DNA of 61,680 nt, the filler included, from Choristocarpus tenellus KU-1152 (lineage: Eukaryota > Protista > Phaeophyceae): assembly GCA_964200185.2 (NCBI GenBank). It is 8 parts of 8 records of this genome, joined end to end, with 100 filler letters (N's around TTAATTAATTAA, not from the genome) between each part and the next. Parts side by side here need not be neighbours in the genome. Positions count along the whole stretch, not along the records: positions 34,212 to 42,187 come from CAXNAD020005317.1; positions 42,288 to 59,000 come from CAXNAD020000786.1; 6 more parts are not named here. One strand, 5' to 3'. Both the position numbers and the translations under genes were made by a program. Positions 40,201-54,200 of this stretch are shown piece by piece. The notes beneath the pieces are model-generated. The model worked only from the letters and a program-made list of their open reading frames with translations, ran no database searches and was not told the DNA's origin. Within the stretch, counting starts at the first letter, position 1. Every line of letters starts with the position of its first letter.

Positions 40201-41654
40201 CTTCATGTGTGTGTCTGTGTGTAGATGCTCATTCATGTGTTTGTGTATGTGTTATTTTGATAGTCATGCCGATGTTGAGGGAGTTAGGGCAAGAGAGGTT
40301 GCAGGAAGGGTCTATTCTGTTGGCTGAATGCATCATGCGGGCAATTTTTCAATTGGTGCAATTGTGTGTATTAGACGTTGCCTTACCTTTTTTTTCTTTT
40401 TTTTCTCATAAAGAGGTATCCCTTGGCGTGAGCTAACCCCTTCGTGCTGATATTGCATTAGATCCTGCGTTCACATTGCTTGCTAGCTGTAACCCTCAGT
40501 ATGTGTATGCGGTTCACTTTGATAAGGTTTCAAGCTGGGACACTGGAGACAACTCCTCTTATAATCGGGAGTCATTTGCTGCACCGCCCACCAACACACC
40601 CCATTCCGGGAGGAAGGCAAGGAGGGGGGCAGCAGCTGCTGCCACCTCTGCTTTTGGCAATGGAGAGGTATGTAACAGTTATCGTTTAGAATTTCCTTGT
40701 TAAATATTTTGGGACTGGTGCTCTACTTCCTGTTCAAGTGTGTGCATTGTTGAACTTGAACCAGTAGAGTGCCACTGCTGTTTGTTAATGGTGTGGAGGA
40801 TGATGATAATGTAGCGATCTTCAGAGGGTACAATGTTATTCTTGTATGCTCAGTGAAATGAGACCCCTAGTGCTTTCTGTGTAGGGTAGTGGAGGGTGTG
40901 CTTCCTTGCCCAGGGTGTGAGGTTTCAGTGTCATCTTTGATTTTGGTGTGTATAGCTTGTCTTGTCGCAGGTACAGTAGATGAGAGACCAGGTGGAGTCT
41001 TCATGAGGCTCATTTCTTGTCTGTTCTCAATTGCACATTAGATTTGGCGGTGTGAGTATTGCCTTGGTTATGATATTGCCGTTTTTTCAAATATTGCGTT
41101 TTGTTCCTTGAGATTGTTCTAGAATGGACCACAGACATCTGCTACTGGGCACAACCCCTTCCCACCTAAACTCTCCACTCCCACCCTCCCACCCCACCCC
41201 ACCCCACCCCCCACCTAACAATGGTCAAACTGGAACAACAATTGCCCTGCCCATTCCTGCTAAGGAACATGGAGGGAGCAATTCACTTGATGACGACTAC
41301 ATCTACATACAATCTCCGGCTCCATCCACTCGCTCAGAACATTATGCTGGGGGTGGGGCAAGTGGAGGAAGGTCTAAAGGCAGGTCAAAGGGTGGCCGCT
41401 CTAAAGGCTCGGGTAGTATTGCCTCAGGTGGTAGCTCCTCGAGTGGGGGAAGTGGCCACTTAGGCAGCGATGCTGGGGTCGGCGATATGGGAGCAGGGGC
41501 CGAGGCAGCATTTGCTGCAGCAGCTGCTGCAGCGGCTCCACCACCAGCATCCCCAGCACCGCCACCTCCTATGGCAGCGCCATCGAGCACAGCATCTAGG
41601 GGAGGGGGGGGAGGAACTGGCCGAAGGGGAAGGAATAGAAAGAGGCAGCGTTGA
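34212..41654 (+). CDS. Chromatin protein with WHIM3/WSD-like motif and chromo-barrel/Tudor-knot, 3' part. Exons <34212-34408, 34864-35553, 36022-36297, 37983-38161, 39120-39225, about 40500/40527-40667, 41123-41654 (apparent frameshift near 41200)
   Basis: GWLYF..L..RNRKERLLQSAL (WHIM3-like), WEAVVLAV...YRVSYRGWGERYNSWE (chromo-barrel), LLTVEAALPDGA, WISYVEEA...LLEGSINPRWL, RVWVLDRSMLYDK, and a C-terminal basic NLS-like RRGRNRKRQR. Confidence 0.75.
36940..37200 (+). repeat. Degenerate dispersed repeat (intronic copy of the 19680-19940 family)
   Basis: Nucleotide and translated similarity to the reverse complement of 19770-19900. Confidence 0.55.
39364..39630. mobile_element. MITE family B copy in an intron of the chromatin gene
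   Basis: End-to-end homology with 32211-32468; GAG...CTC termini; flanks TTT/TTT. Confidence 0.8.
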
Positions 41655-42008
41655 GTAAGAGGTAGATGTTATTGTTGGAGGGGGAGCTGGGAGTTGGAAC
41701 CAGTGGAGAATTGACTAAGTGTGGAAGGTGATTGTGTTTGTCTAAATTTGACAGTGCGACGAGCTAAGAGAAAGGAATTGAGGAAGCGTCTGTCCAGGTT
41801 GTGTTGTAGGATTGTGTCATACTTTGTATGGCAGAAATTCCATGTATTTGTTTATTCTCCTTCCAACATGGCATGAAAATGAAAAACGCTTCAATGCTAT
41901 TAGGGCTTACTTATTTTAATCCAATTCGTGGGTAGGCTTAGCCAGAAAGCACTACCACACTGTTGGTATTGAGTAGGTGAAGTTGCCAAGCCTGGAATGA
42001 TTGTGCCA

Positions 42009-42187
42009 GGCTCAAAGTATATGGGAGAGGGTGGCGGTTGTCCATTTGGGGTCCATTTTTCCCTGTCACGATTTTTGGGTGATTTGGTTGTATGCATCGG
42101 ATGGAATATGTAGGTGCACTTCTCCTGGTCAGGGCCCGAATGGACACCCTGATGTAGAGTCCCCCCCCCCCCCCCCCCCCCCCCGAC
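42009..42187. mobile_element. MITE family A copy, right end lost in poly-C and gap
   Basis: Homologous to 61490-61664. Confidence 0.75.
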
Positions 42188-44193
42188 NNNNNNNNNNNNN
42201 NNNNNNNNNNNNNNNNNNNNNNNNNNNNNNNTTAATTAATTAANNNNNNNNNNNNNNNNNNNNNNNNNNNNNNNNNNNNNNNNNNNNGGGGGTGGGTCTC
42301 TCTCCACCTCCCTTCCTGTTGAAGGGGTACTATTTTTGTTGAATTGGAGGCAAATTGTGGAAGAGAACGGATCAGATTCGGCCTTCCACTTTGGTACATA
42401 ACGGGAAAATGGCGTTGAGTGTACTTTCTTTGAGACCTTTGATGCAGACAGATATCAGACATTTCTTTGACTGGTGGGTGTTGTAATTTAAGGCTCTCTG
42501 CATTAATAACATTTCATGGACACAATTTCATACCTTGGTGAATAATGAAGTCATAAACATGAGGCTCACAACTTTTAGAGAAAAACTTTTGAGGTGTTGA
42601 AAGACTTTTATTTTAAATGCAACTTAAAGGCGTGTCAACCCTTAAATGGCATAACTCGCCTTAAAATGGACACTCGCCAATAAGGCAAGTCGTTTTGGGT
42701 TGGGACAGTGTCGCCTTAAAAAGAGTCACTACTACTGGGGTGTAGTTGTGAATCGACGGGTTTCGCTAGAATAAATTTAAGTGACTCGGTTTTTTGTACT
42801 AATTCAAACCAAAGTGACGCGCGTGCCACTTCTTCCGCAAATGGAACTTCGACAGGGTACGCCAGCCATATATAATAATGGTTGGGATTAGGACAAAAAC
42901 ATCCTAAGATGGTGTTCATTCAACCGCTCGATTTGGGATGTCTAATACCTCAAATATAGTTAAGATTGAAAAACTGGCTCAAAATGTGTAACAGTCAAAA
43001 ACTGGGTACCTCTCATTTACTTTGACTTTTAGATACAATAATATCAATAATTTTTTCTCTATGTAGAGAAATATTGGAAAAAGAGCGTTTAATTCATTTA
43101 TAGTTCATTATTACTTACTATTGTACAGTAGTAATACTATAATTTAAAGGACTTCCACAAGGCATCAAAGGCGAATTGAGTGTGGGAGGTGGTGATGAGC
43201 AGAAATAATGCAAATGACCAGACCTCAGTGAGGTCTTGTTGAGAGAAGGATGCCTCGATCCCTTGTCCTTGTTCAACGTGCGATTTGTCCCAGTCACATA
43301 CAGTTACTACTATTAATACGATGTTTGTCCAAAAAATTGGTTTTCCACCCATTTCACACTATGAGTCAGCAAAAAAAGGACTAATTGTGATATCCGCAAT
43401 TGTACAAGGTGCTCTTCTACTTTTCAATCCTTTGGTCAATAGTCCAAATATTCAACTCTTGAGTAACCACTTTACTATATACTGTACATGACGTATTATC
43501 TTAACCATTGAGGAACAAGTATGCTACCCCACCACACCAACAACGCAGCACCTCTCCAACTCTTGTGTCCTTCCCAAGGAGAAAACACTCCTACAAAGTA
43601 TAAACAAAGACCCACTACATGAGCAAAGAGAGGGAACACTATAAAAATCATAGTACCACTACCTTAGCAAAGTAGGAACCCATGGAAGTACACACAAAAG
43701 GGGCAATTCCGATGCAACATTAGCAATGTAGTGCCAGCGAATGGGTACACAGTAAGTATTAGTAGTAATAATGTGCCAATAAACGGATTACTTACTCCAA
43801 AGATACTCTGAACAGGCAGAGCACCAAAGGTCAAGTTCAAGACGTGAGTGTTATACTCAAAGTACTACTAGGAGAGATAAGATTCTCACCAGCAGGGCTG
43901 TTACCTCTTATTTCTCACTCACATAAAAGAACTGTTACAATCACCACCACAAGATGATTTACCGCCCTGCATATAGACTAAAGGACAAACAAATGCCCTT
44001 GCCTGTCTCCAGTCCCCCAGTCACTCGCTATATCTATGCCAAAATTGCACAGCTTTCGAGACCTTGGTCAGGCCAGACTTGTAGGTATACATCAAAGGGC
44101 ATACCATGTACTACTTAGGGTTAGGGTTATACCACATACTACTGTGCTACAAAAAACACAAACCACCCTCAATCCTGCTCTCCTTACTCCCTT

Positions 44194-45201
44194 TTAACCC
44201 TTCCCCCCAGTGGATGCTGCCACAGACTTCTCATACAGCTTCTTCTGCTTGTCCCAGTCCTTACGGAACTTCTTGATGGCACTCTTGCTAAACGCCTTCC
44301 CTTCCTTGTCGTGTGTTGGTACACCATCTATGTCAAACGCAGAGAAGAGGTCGGTCTGACCCGTGAAGAGTTCCTCCGGGGGAGTGTTTTTTCGTGCCTC
44401 CTTCTCTGCTAGCTGACGGGCCTGGTGGAAGGAAAGGGGACCAGGCAGATAGATGATTTATCTTCATGAGCTACGATGACATTGAGGGTACGATTTTCTG
44501 GGAAATAAACTAACTTGGAAGGTGAAGGGGCCGCACGATATATTTGGGAGACCCTTGCTCAAAAATCAGTAGATATAACTCGAGTGTCAGTACCTGTGAT
44601 ATCACCAAAGTCTTGCAACACTGGCTCTATTCAACATGTCCTGTACCAATCGAATATGAAAAATGAGGACTAGAGATAGGAGAAACCACCCTCAACTATG
44701 TAGAACTGGACATGGTTGATGAACACAAAGAAATGGGGGTGAAAACTGCCTAGAACAGACCATGCGATTCCAGTGAGCTATACCTTATCAGCAGGTCAAA
44801 ACTCTCATCCCATCCTCTTCCAAAAGAGGCACAGTTTGTGAGCTGCAACAACAACAAAGACGATCAAATCCCTATACCCCAAACGCTTTTATCCTCAACT
44901 GGGTCTCTCACCACTGGAAGAACTTTCTTTCCTTCAGCTGTTGATGGCATTCTGTCCCTGAATGTTACTTAAATGAATCAACCAATGAATCACAATCACA
45001 CAATGTAATAAAAAAGATAATCCCTCCCACCCTCAAGAACAAACCTACTTGCAGCGAAAGTAAAACATCAGCATACATCGCCCCCCCCCCGTCCCCACAC
45101 ATTTTGTATACCAAAATAAAGCACAACCTGCTGCGGACTGTAACACAGCCCTCTCAACAGGGGTGTGAGTGAGGAACTCTCTATACTTGCCAAACGAAAT
45201 G

Positions 45202-45232
<31 letters not shown>

Positions 45233-48200
45233 GACAGGTATCGTGCTGCTAGTTGTAATTGTCATCAAAATAAAACCGGCCAAGACATCCCAAACGCACA
45301 TATATGAAATGTGAAAATAATCGTTTGTCCATGCCTTTGTGTTTGTGTAGTTCATTCACACGGTATCCTTGCAGTGCACATGGCAACCATCACTGTTTTG
45401 TTTTCTTTTTCAGATGCATTTTTTCAAGAAACTAACCCTAACCCTAGGTTGTGTATGAAAAATATCCCTAACCACCCAAGGAAACATTCTAAAAGATGGG
45501 TAGCAGGAGAGTGTGCGCTGGGGAACCACCACCTGAATTCACCACTGTTCACTTTTTTCACATGCATTTTCAAAACCCCTAACCCTAACCTGTGTGTGAA
45601 AAAGATCCCTAAGCTTGATTCGAAAAGCTAAAAAATATGACAGTGGAGGTTCCCCAACACACAGGTATTCTCCTGTCCACTTCAACCTTCAAGAATGCCA
45701 CTCAAATTGCATTCCTAGAAATCCGTAAGTAATCAACCCAAGAAGCTAAGCACATGCACACAATGGATGACATGACTGGCAGTCATTTACAATCCATACT
45801 TGCAGCACCTGTACCATACCATACCATACAAAACTGTGCAATGCCCTTCATTATTGAACAAACAAGACCATGACTACCTGCTTCTATCAATTCGGTGAAT
45901 CAAGTATCAAATATTACATTCTTGTGAGGGTGTCCAATATAAGTACATTCAAATTTGGAAGGAAGGCTTCCACACTCTCAAGAGTGGTTGCTCTGGAGAC
46001 TTGAAAGGCTTTGCTTTGACTAAAAGTAATACTCTTTGAATCCTATTGGCTAGAAGGGGAACAGACATTTGCAAGAGCTATAGTAAAATGATTTCGCTTA
46101 TCAACCATTTCAAAAAAGAGATAATAAGGTGACTCAGATATTGACCCACTGAAAAAGAACTTGTTGCCCTGCTGCCAATGACAAACCCAGCAATGAAAAG
46201 TCTCACACAACCACACTCATACCACTTCACCTAAAGAGTGTAGCAATGACGCTCTTACAACAGAAGGGACAGTTTTTGACCCACTATTGACCAGGGATGT
46301 AGTGGAGATACTGAGGAGCTCAGTAAAAAACCCACAAAGCTTTCAGGTGTCTTACACAATATTCGGTCAAACCACCAACAAACGACTTGTCTTGAGTTTA
46401 GCAAACCCCTGAAAGGTTAGGTATTTCCACTATATTCTTGATCTTAGGTATTGAATCTCTTGTTTGTGTGAATATCTATCCATGCCACATACCTAGAAAA
46501 CGAAGAAAACCTCAACCCTAACCCTAACCCATACTGAAGACAAGCACACACACTCTGCATGCTTCCTACCCCTCAAAGTGACACGCACTTCTTGTACCTA
46601 TCTCTTTCCAATCGTAGACGAGGTTTTGAGATGAATGCGTCCCATCACATCAACACTAGAGTTCCTGCCACAGACATGCCAACCCTTGCCCTTAGTCCAC
46701 CAAACATACTTCATACTTGGAGCTTTACCATTTCATTCCTCAAACCCATCGCACCTGCTCCTCCTTGCGACTTTTACCCGGAGCGGCAGTCCCCTTTCCC
46801 ACCGCCTCCCTGAGAGTGATTGTCCGATTAATCACCAACCTGTCACCACTAGTGTCTGGGTCCACCACAAAGAACCCAATCCGCTCCATCTGTCAGGTCA
46901 ACCGTCGACCGTCAACCATCACATGTCACACAACCACAAGGCACATAAAACACAAGTCAACTAAGGACAGAACAGAAAAGGAATATGATCTCCTAGTTGC
47001 ATCAATAGCAAGATTAGGATTGAAATTATTAACTCAACACACACTTGAGAATTAGCCCCCAAAGTGACAGTGAGATGCCCCACATAGATCAACTTCCAGG
47101 AGTACATGGGTAACGGCGTCCAACGCCTACACCTTACTTAACTCCCTCCCACTCCCCAACACAAGGATTTATCTTTGACGTAACCCCATTCTTCAAAAAT
47201 CTTCTACTCAGTTGTTGGTCTCCTGGTAGCAATACGCATTCTGACCAAAACTTAGGTTACAAATATATTGTATCTAGTGCTGACTGTATGGATTGATTCA
47301 ATACATAACCCTCCGTAGGAGAGTAGGTGGGCAGTATTGTGTTGTCTCTGGTTGCAACTGGTCATATCTAGTCCATAACCCTGCACAACATAATCAAGAG
47401 TCCTTTGGATTTGCAGTACTATATTGTACCATGTATCTTCAACAAACATAAAATACACTTCTTCCTTAGCTACTTTTGAGTGAAACTATCCTAGGTGGGC
47501 GTCAGTCTTTTCACTTGAGTTTCAAGGTCATCAAATTCTTCACTACATGCACCATGTCCTTGAAGGGGTGTTACTGTAGAAGAAGGGCTTACTTAGCTGG
47601 GGATGTATTGTAAATTAAGAGCAATCTACACGTTGCTCAAAATGTGCTACACCCTTAAAAATAATCCACACACCTCTCTTCAGTGTTATCCATCCTTAGT
47701 GCATCACCTGAGGGTACAAAAAGTACTAATAATTTTATTGTGTATTGAGCTGCCTGACACTTTGCACTTGTTGTACCAAGGAGTACGTACTAAGGAAATC
47801 CTTCAACAATTGAAATGACATGTAAGCCAAGCAGATTGAACTCAAGCACAAATCGTGTTGGAAACTAGGAGAGACACTGACACTGCATTGTGTTGTTTAC
47901 TTCTCAAGCAAAGTTGAATGCCTTGAATCAATCCTACACCGTGCACACACTGACCCCCCCAAAAAAGACCAGCTCTGTCATCAACAGAATTGATCACAGA
48001 CCCTTGGGGGGAAAATCCCAATCTCCCAGATCTCTTGTGGGTAGGAAGGCACACAAATTGGAAGGTTTTCTGCCAACAAACCTGTACACATTATATTCCT
48101 CACACAGAACAAATTTTCAACCCTTACTTGGTCATCTCAGATACAGGCAATCCCCACAGATGCTGCTGAACATTAAGATGGTAGAAGTCTCTTCTGTATG

Positions 48201-51200
48201 GTGCAATGCAGCTCAACTGCTCAGAGAATCAAGGACTTTTGTAACACATGTGTATCAGTGTTTCTAGTAACCCTAACCCTAACCCTAACCCTCTATTCCC
48301 ATGTCCTCGCCATTACTACCATTACTCCTGCCATCACCCCCCCCAAATACACTGAAACCATATATGTACGAGTTTTCGGCCTGCCCTGTCTTGAACTCCC
48401 TCTTACTGCCCACGACCTGGTCTGGGTCAACCTTGCCTTGCCTCAAAGGCCCCTCTCCCAGCTCTATCAAATATTGGATAAAATATGCCTCTATGTATAT
48501 CTATCTATATCCGCAACCCAATTAAGCTCAACAAACCCAGCATAATTTCCAGCACAAGATATTACTTTGGAGGTACTACTAGGTACTCCTAAGCACTACG
48601 CAGATCCTTGTGCTGCACAACCCAAGTTAATCAAAAGTATTGAAATACATTACAAGTGATTCTAAACACCATTCTTTTTTTAGTCAAAATATTAAAAGCG
48701 TAGACATCATTGAGAGCAAATCACACTACTTTGATTCCACAACAAACGTAAATAATGAAAAACAAGGTAAAATGAAAATTCTTGGTGCAGCTTCCAAAAA
48801 AAAATGAAAATGGTAAAACAACTGGGTTAAAAATCCTAACATTTTCAGCCCGAACAAGCCTCTTTCATAATGACACTCTCCCTCACCCTAAACAAAACAG
48901 GTCTGAGATCAGAATCACCGATGATATTTCAATGGCCACACCACAAAGGGTGAAGTAGCAGCAATCATCCAACCACTGCACAACAAACACAGTGGCAAAT
49001 TTTGCATCCTGTGGCCATTCAGTCCCATGACCACAAGATGGGTCACAAATACACTACTACTTACCTGGAAGCATGTGCCAGCAGGGGCTCCTCCAGGCCG
49101 TGCGATGAGGGAAGGGTCCAAGAGGGCACCCTCGACAACGACTTCTGAATCCTTTGTGAGCTGCCAGGAATGGTCATGTTAAAGCGGGGACGTGGGCCTT
49201 TTAAGGCAGAAGCAGTCAAATAAGTACTGTCTAAGTAGAAGAGGGGGGTCTAATATGTGTACCCTCCTAAAACGGATAATCACTCAAGGCAACATAATAA
49301 AGCAACAGAGGAATAATGTGATAATTCATACAACAGTGCACTAGGGAGAAACTCTGACACAAGACAGGAGGGAGGAGAGGCAGAGCAAAAGGCAGTAGGA
49401 TCACCACATCCAACACACAACAACAAAGTGAAGCACTGATGGGGGAATGCAAATAGTTGAACAAAACTTGGTACATCTAGTAGTTAATGGAGTAGTACAT
49501 TGTGTAGTGTAGTGTAGTGTAGTGACTTTGACCATGGGATGGGGCCAGGTAGAGTTGAGGTGCTGGTTTCTACTTTCAGATCAAAGCAATCCAGTGACCA
49601 TATGATGTAACCTCAGTTGACCACTAACAGTTTTGACCTTGCAAGAAAAACTGACAAGCTTATTTTATCTACTGATTATAGGGGGGGGAAAGTCTATAGA
49701 GCTGCTTCCTATGTAATGTGGGTGAGAATGACTTTCCATACTTCAATAGGCCCGGTCAAAAGCACTTACAGTCAAGAACCATGTCCTCGCTTGGGTTTTC
49801 AAAGGGGGCAGTGAAGTTTGGGGGTTCTTCATCATCAAAGGCCTTGGCATGGAAGAGAGCGAAGTTGCCTCTCAATGCAAATGAACTCAACCCTTACATT
49901 TTTTTCTTAATACAGCTATCTTGGCTTGTCAGTCACATATACCCTCTTTTGTCTCCTGATCAACTCCACCACATTCAAAAGGATTTCCAATGAATGACAG
50001 ATCTTCCGTCAAATCTCACCTCACAGTGCAAGAAATGTCTATTTAGTACAAAGTGACATCAGTAGGGAGATTTTTTTTTCAACTTGTGTACTGAAGTAGT
50101 AGATCTGAGTGCTCTTTGGCAAAAACACCCAAGAATTATCATTGCACTCAATCAAATCAAACCACGGCACTAGCGAGAAATGCAATCAAGTACATCAAAA
50201 ACTTCAATTCAAATCAAACACTGAAGATCGTTCTGTCAACTGCATCGCACCAAACCACACACCTCTGTTCATTTTCAGTTCAGAGAGTTCTTGGGGGCAG
50301 GCTACAAATGTCCAAGATAGTATCCGATTTTGAAAGAAAAAAATTGGGGGGAGGCCTTTACAAAAACCCACCAGAAGGTCACCACAATATGTCAGCAAAA
50401 TCCAAGTTGAGTTGATCTACCTATTCTATGCCTCCCACTACAACGCTACAAGAAATGCCTTCCCAATGCAGCATTTTTTCTGCCTTACAAATCTTTGAAA
50501 CTAATGCTGAACAGAATAAGCACAACATCACATACAAGCCAATATTTTCAGGTTACAGCAATGTATGCATACAGGCCAGACGAACGCTGCTGGCTTGATA
50601 CAGGATTTCAACGATAATTCCAATAGTAGTGATGAATGTTAGGGTTAGGGTTAGGGTTAGTGATGAATGTTAGTGATGTGAAGCTATCGTATTTACATTT
50701 GCACATCTGCATCTTCTCCAACTAATTTTCTGAGAAATTACAGCACAAACAAGAGCAACCAATCAAACAACTGCAACACAAACACCATAAACACAACACT
50801 CATCTATTAGAACTCTACAAGATCACACTCATTCAACACATCACTGCTCCTCCTCACCTGCTCCTCCCACCGGTCGTCAGGAGAGTCCACAGCAAAAAGA
50901 TGATCATACAACCGCACCTCCGCCACAACACATCCCTCCCCAGGAACCCAGGAGATATTACCCTTGGGTCGTTTCACCACACCTTCCCCCTCCCCTCCCC
51001 CTTCCTTCCCGTCGCTGCCTCCTGGTAAGACACCCAAGGTAGTAACAGAGCAACGAAGCTCCTGAATTGTCCCATCCTTAGCCTCTACCACTTCATCACA
51101 CTTCATGGCCATGCTGCAGTGCTTAAGTCCAACCGACTGTAGGTAGGTGCCACAACACAGTTAACAATTGGTGCTAGGGTTAGGGTTAGGGACGCATGCT

Positions 51201-54200
51201 CGTGGAAACAAAAACTGACAGAATTGAAACATGTAGGTTTTCCTGCACATTGAAAGTACTAAGCTTATGCTGAAAATAACAAAATTAAACAACAGATTCA
51301 AGATGTATGTTTATAGCCCCATGTGCATTATCAAGTTCTGGCTTCAGTACTCCTAGCAAGCAGTATGGAAAACCAAAGGAAATAAAAAAAAAAATGCAAT
51401 CAGGACATGCACACTCATCAAGGGGCAGGGGAGGGCAGATGACCACCTTTGTGTTCAAAGTAATTATCATTAATACCAATCAAACAACCACAGGAAACTC
51501 CTCAACCCACCTACTTACCCCACAAAAAACTCATCACCCCTCTAACTGACCACTCTACAGCAGGAAAGTCCAACACAATAAAGTCCAAAAGATTAATAAG
51601 GTTCAAAGTTTATCCGGACCCCTCAACCATATTTAGTCCCCCCTCCCCTTTTGTCAACACCTATACAACGTAACACCCTCCTTCACCGAGTTTTCTCATC
51701 CCTAGAGCAAAGGCTTCCAGCCCAGCTTACCTTTCCTGGAGCTAGCCCATAGTAATCTGGTGCATCCTCTCGCCTGAAGTCAGAGCTGTCGACGTACAGT
51801 ACCTTTGTGAGGGTTAGTTTGTGAGAGCCCTTCTCTGGAGCAAATGGGATATCTGGTACCTTCATATGCATCCACACCACCATGCCACATGCACGTCCAC
51901 CAGGGGAGATGACCAAGCGGGGAAAAGTAAAGTAAAGTAAAGTAAAAAACATACCAAGAAGTTAAACACCAGACAAAAAAAAACAATCTGAATCAACATG
52001 TATGAAAAGGATTCCTCATCAACAGATTAAAATACAATATACATACATATATTTATATATATATATTCCTATTTGAGCTTAACACCGTCAAAAGAAAAGA
52101 ATGAAAACCAAAACCAGTAGATCAGTAAGGTCAACAAAAAATATCCAACCAAGGAAACAACAAAGAGGTACTACAGTAGCTAAACAAAATCACTCATGGT
52201 GATTGATGGTATTTGGAGCATACCTTCCATCACACATAATCCATGATACCATGATACCATTCTCACAAAATCCAACCATTAACCAACCAATAAGATACCA
52301 ATACAGGAAAGAAAGTCCAGGAGATAGTCAGCACCTTGCCCCAAAAAGGGTTAAAGTTGTTTTCTGTAAGGGGCGGGCAAATCACATTGTACCATACCTC
52401 TAGTTCTCTCTCCGCCTCCAAGTTGGTAAGTGTGACCTTAATGGGGTACAGAACACCCATCACTCTTGGTGCAATGTCATTGAGGATGGTTCTGACCCAA
52501 TACTCAAGTTTCTCCACCTCGATGACATTCTCATTCCTAACAAACAAGCAATTCCCAAAAGCTGTGTTAAGAATGGTATTAGTATTAGTATTAGTATTAG
52601 TTAAGAATGTTGATGGTATTAGTATCTAGTATCTCCAAATGGTTAAAGTGTCTTTATCACAAAAGTGTAAGTGTGAATCAAGGATTGCAAGAGTAAAACA
52701 GCATTGCTTATTGACAACCTGCCTCAAGCATTGTTGTGTTACAATACAATATCTATGTTTATGAGTAAACTACTAAGGAAGATCTAAAGTTGGTGGGTAG
52801 CAATCACACAATCACACCATGAGACAAGAGACAAGAGAGCAAAACTGTAGGATGTTGAGACAATGGACCATTGATGTATATAGAGAACAGTACAGTACAA
52901 GTGCTTATCGGTACTTCCCAAAGATTGTAGTACAAAGATTGCTGAGGGGAGTTCTTTCAGTGTCGGCGGTTGTCACAAAAAAATTTAATTAACAACCTTT
53001 TATTGTGCTATACCTCACAACTACTACAAGATATCGAGCAGCACACTAGTACTAAAGGTGCTCTTCTACGTTACTCACTGCTTTGAACATACACAAACCA
53101 CAGTAGATCCCAGTCTCTTTGCTTAATTTAATCATTTTTCTAAATCTAGCATTCCACCTCGCAGGTTATATCGACAAAGGTTATATCAACAAATATAATA
53201 TCAACAAAGGTTATATCAACAAATATAATATCAACAAAGGTTATATCAACAAAGGTTATATCAACAAATATTATATCAACAAAGGTTATATCAACAAAGG
53301 TTATATCAACAAATATTATATCAACAAAGGTTGTATCAACAAATATTATATCAACAAATATTACCTCAAAACCAACCCGACCATAGTAAAGTGTATTCAC
53401 TTTTGCCCTTGATCACATCCTTTATTCTCAAACGGATTTTTTCTTACAATAACCGGAAGAGTTCTAAGTCTGCCCCTCCCAATAACCCTCCCCCCCCATC
53501 AAAGAAATGTAAAGATGTGACTTCTTTTTCTAACTAACATCGTCCTGCCTATGGATACATAAGATGTAGTTCCCTTCAGCTTGTAGAGGGAACTCCCTAC
53601 CGCTTGAGGTTTACTTGAGGGGGTGGGGTTTGGTTTTATTGGAAGGGGCAGACTTAGAACCTCAACCCTAACCCAAATCCTGACTTAGGAGAGGGTTTAG
53701 GTCTAAGGCATCAAGGGACAAGGGCTAGGTGACAGGCACAGGGGCAGAGTTTACAGGTCAATCAGCGTACACATACTGTACTATATATAGTATACCATTT
53801 CAAGGTGTTTTTGTAGGGTTAGGGTTATGATAACCAAGACACGTTGATATTAGAGAAGGGTTAGGGTAAAAGGTGTGTACAGCATAACCTTATTTGAAAA
53901 ATCACGTAGTGCTAGACTAGATAAAAACATAGATTTTCAATGGAGAAAAAGAAGAGTTCCTGATTGATAATTCTTATTTCTGATGAAAATAAATACAATA
54001 CCTGTACAAAACACAAGCATCTAAAAAAAAATCATATTCCTCCCAAAAAACTGTTCACTTCATCAAGAGACTCGTCCCAGTAGAACGGTCACCATCACGA
54101 ATGCAAACCAGTATCAATCATGGACAACAAGTTATATCCGTATACCACACCACTCGACAAGGATCACTCCAACAAAGTCCTCATAAAAATGCATTCCAAT

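Noticed and set aside
48285-48470. Exon-like ORF inside a QARS intron
   Set aside because: Phase-0 entry hits a stop, and the flanking exons already join as FQ/MERIGFF.
53119-53412. ORFs (GYINK)n / (DITFV)n
   Set aside because: By-products of an intronic minisatellite.
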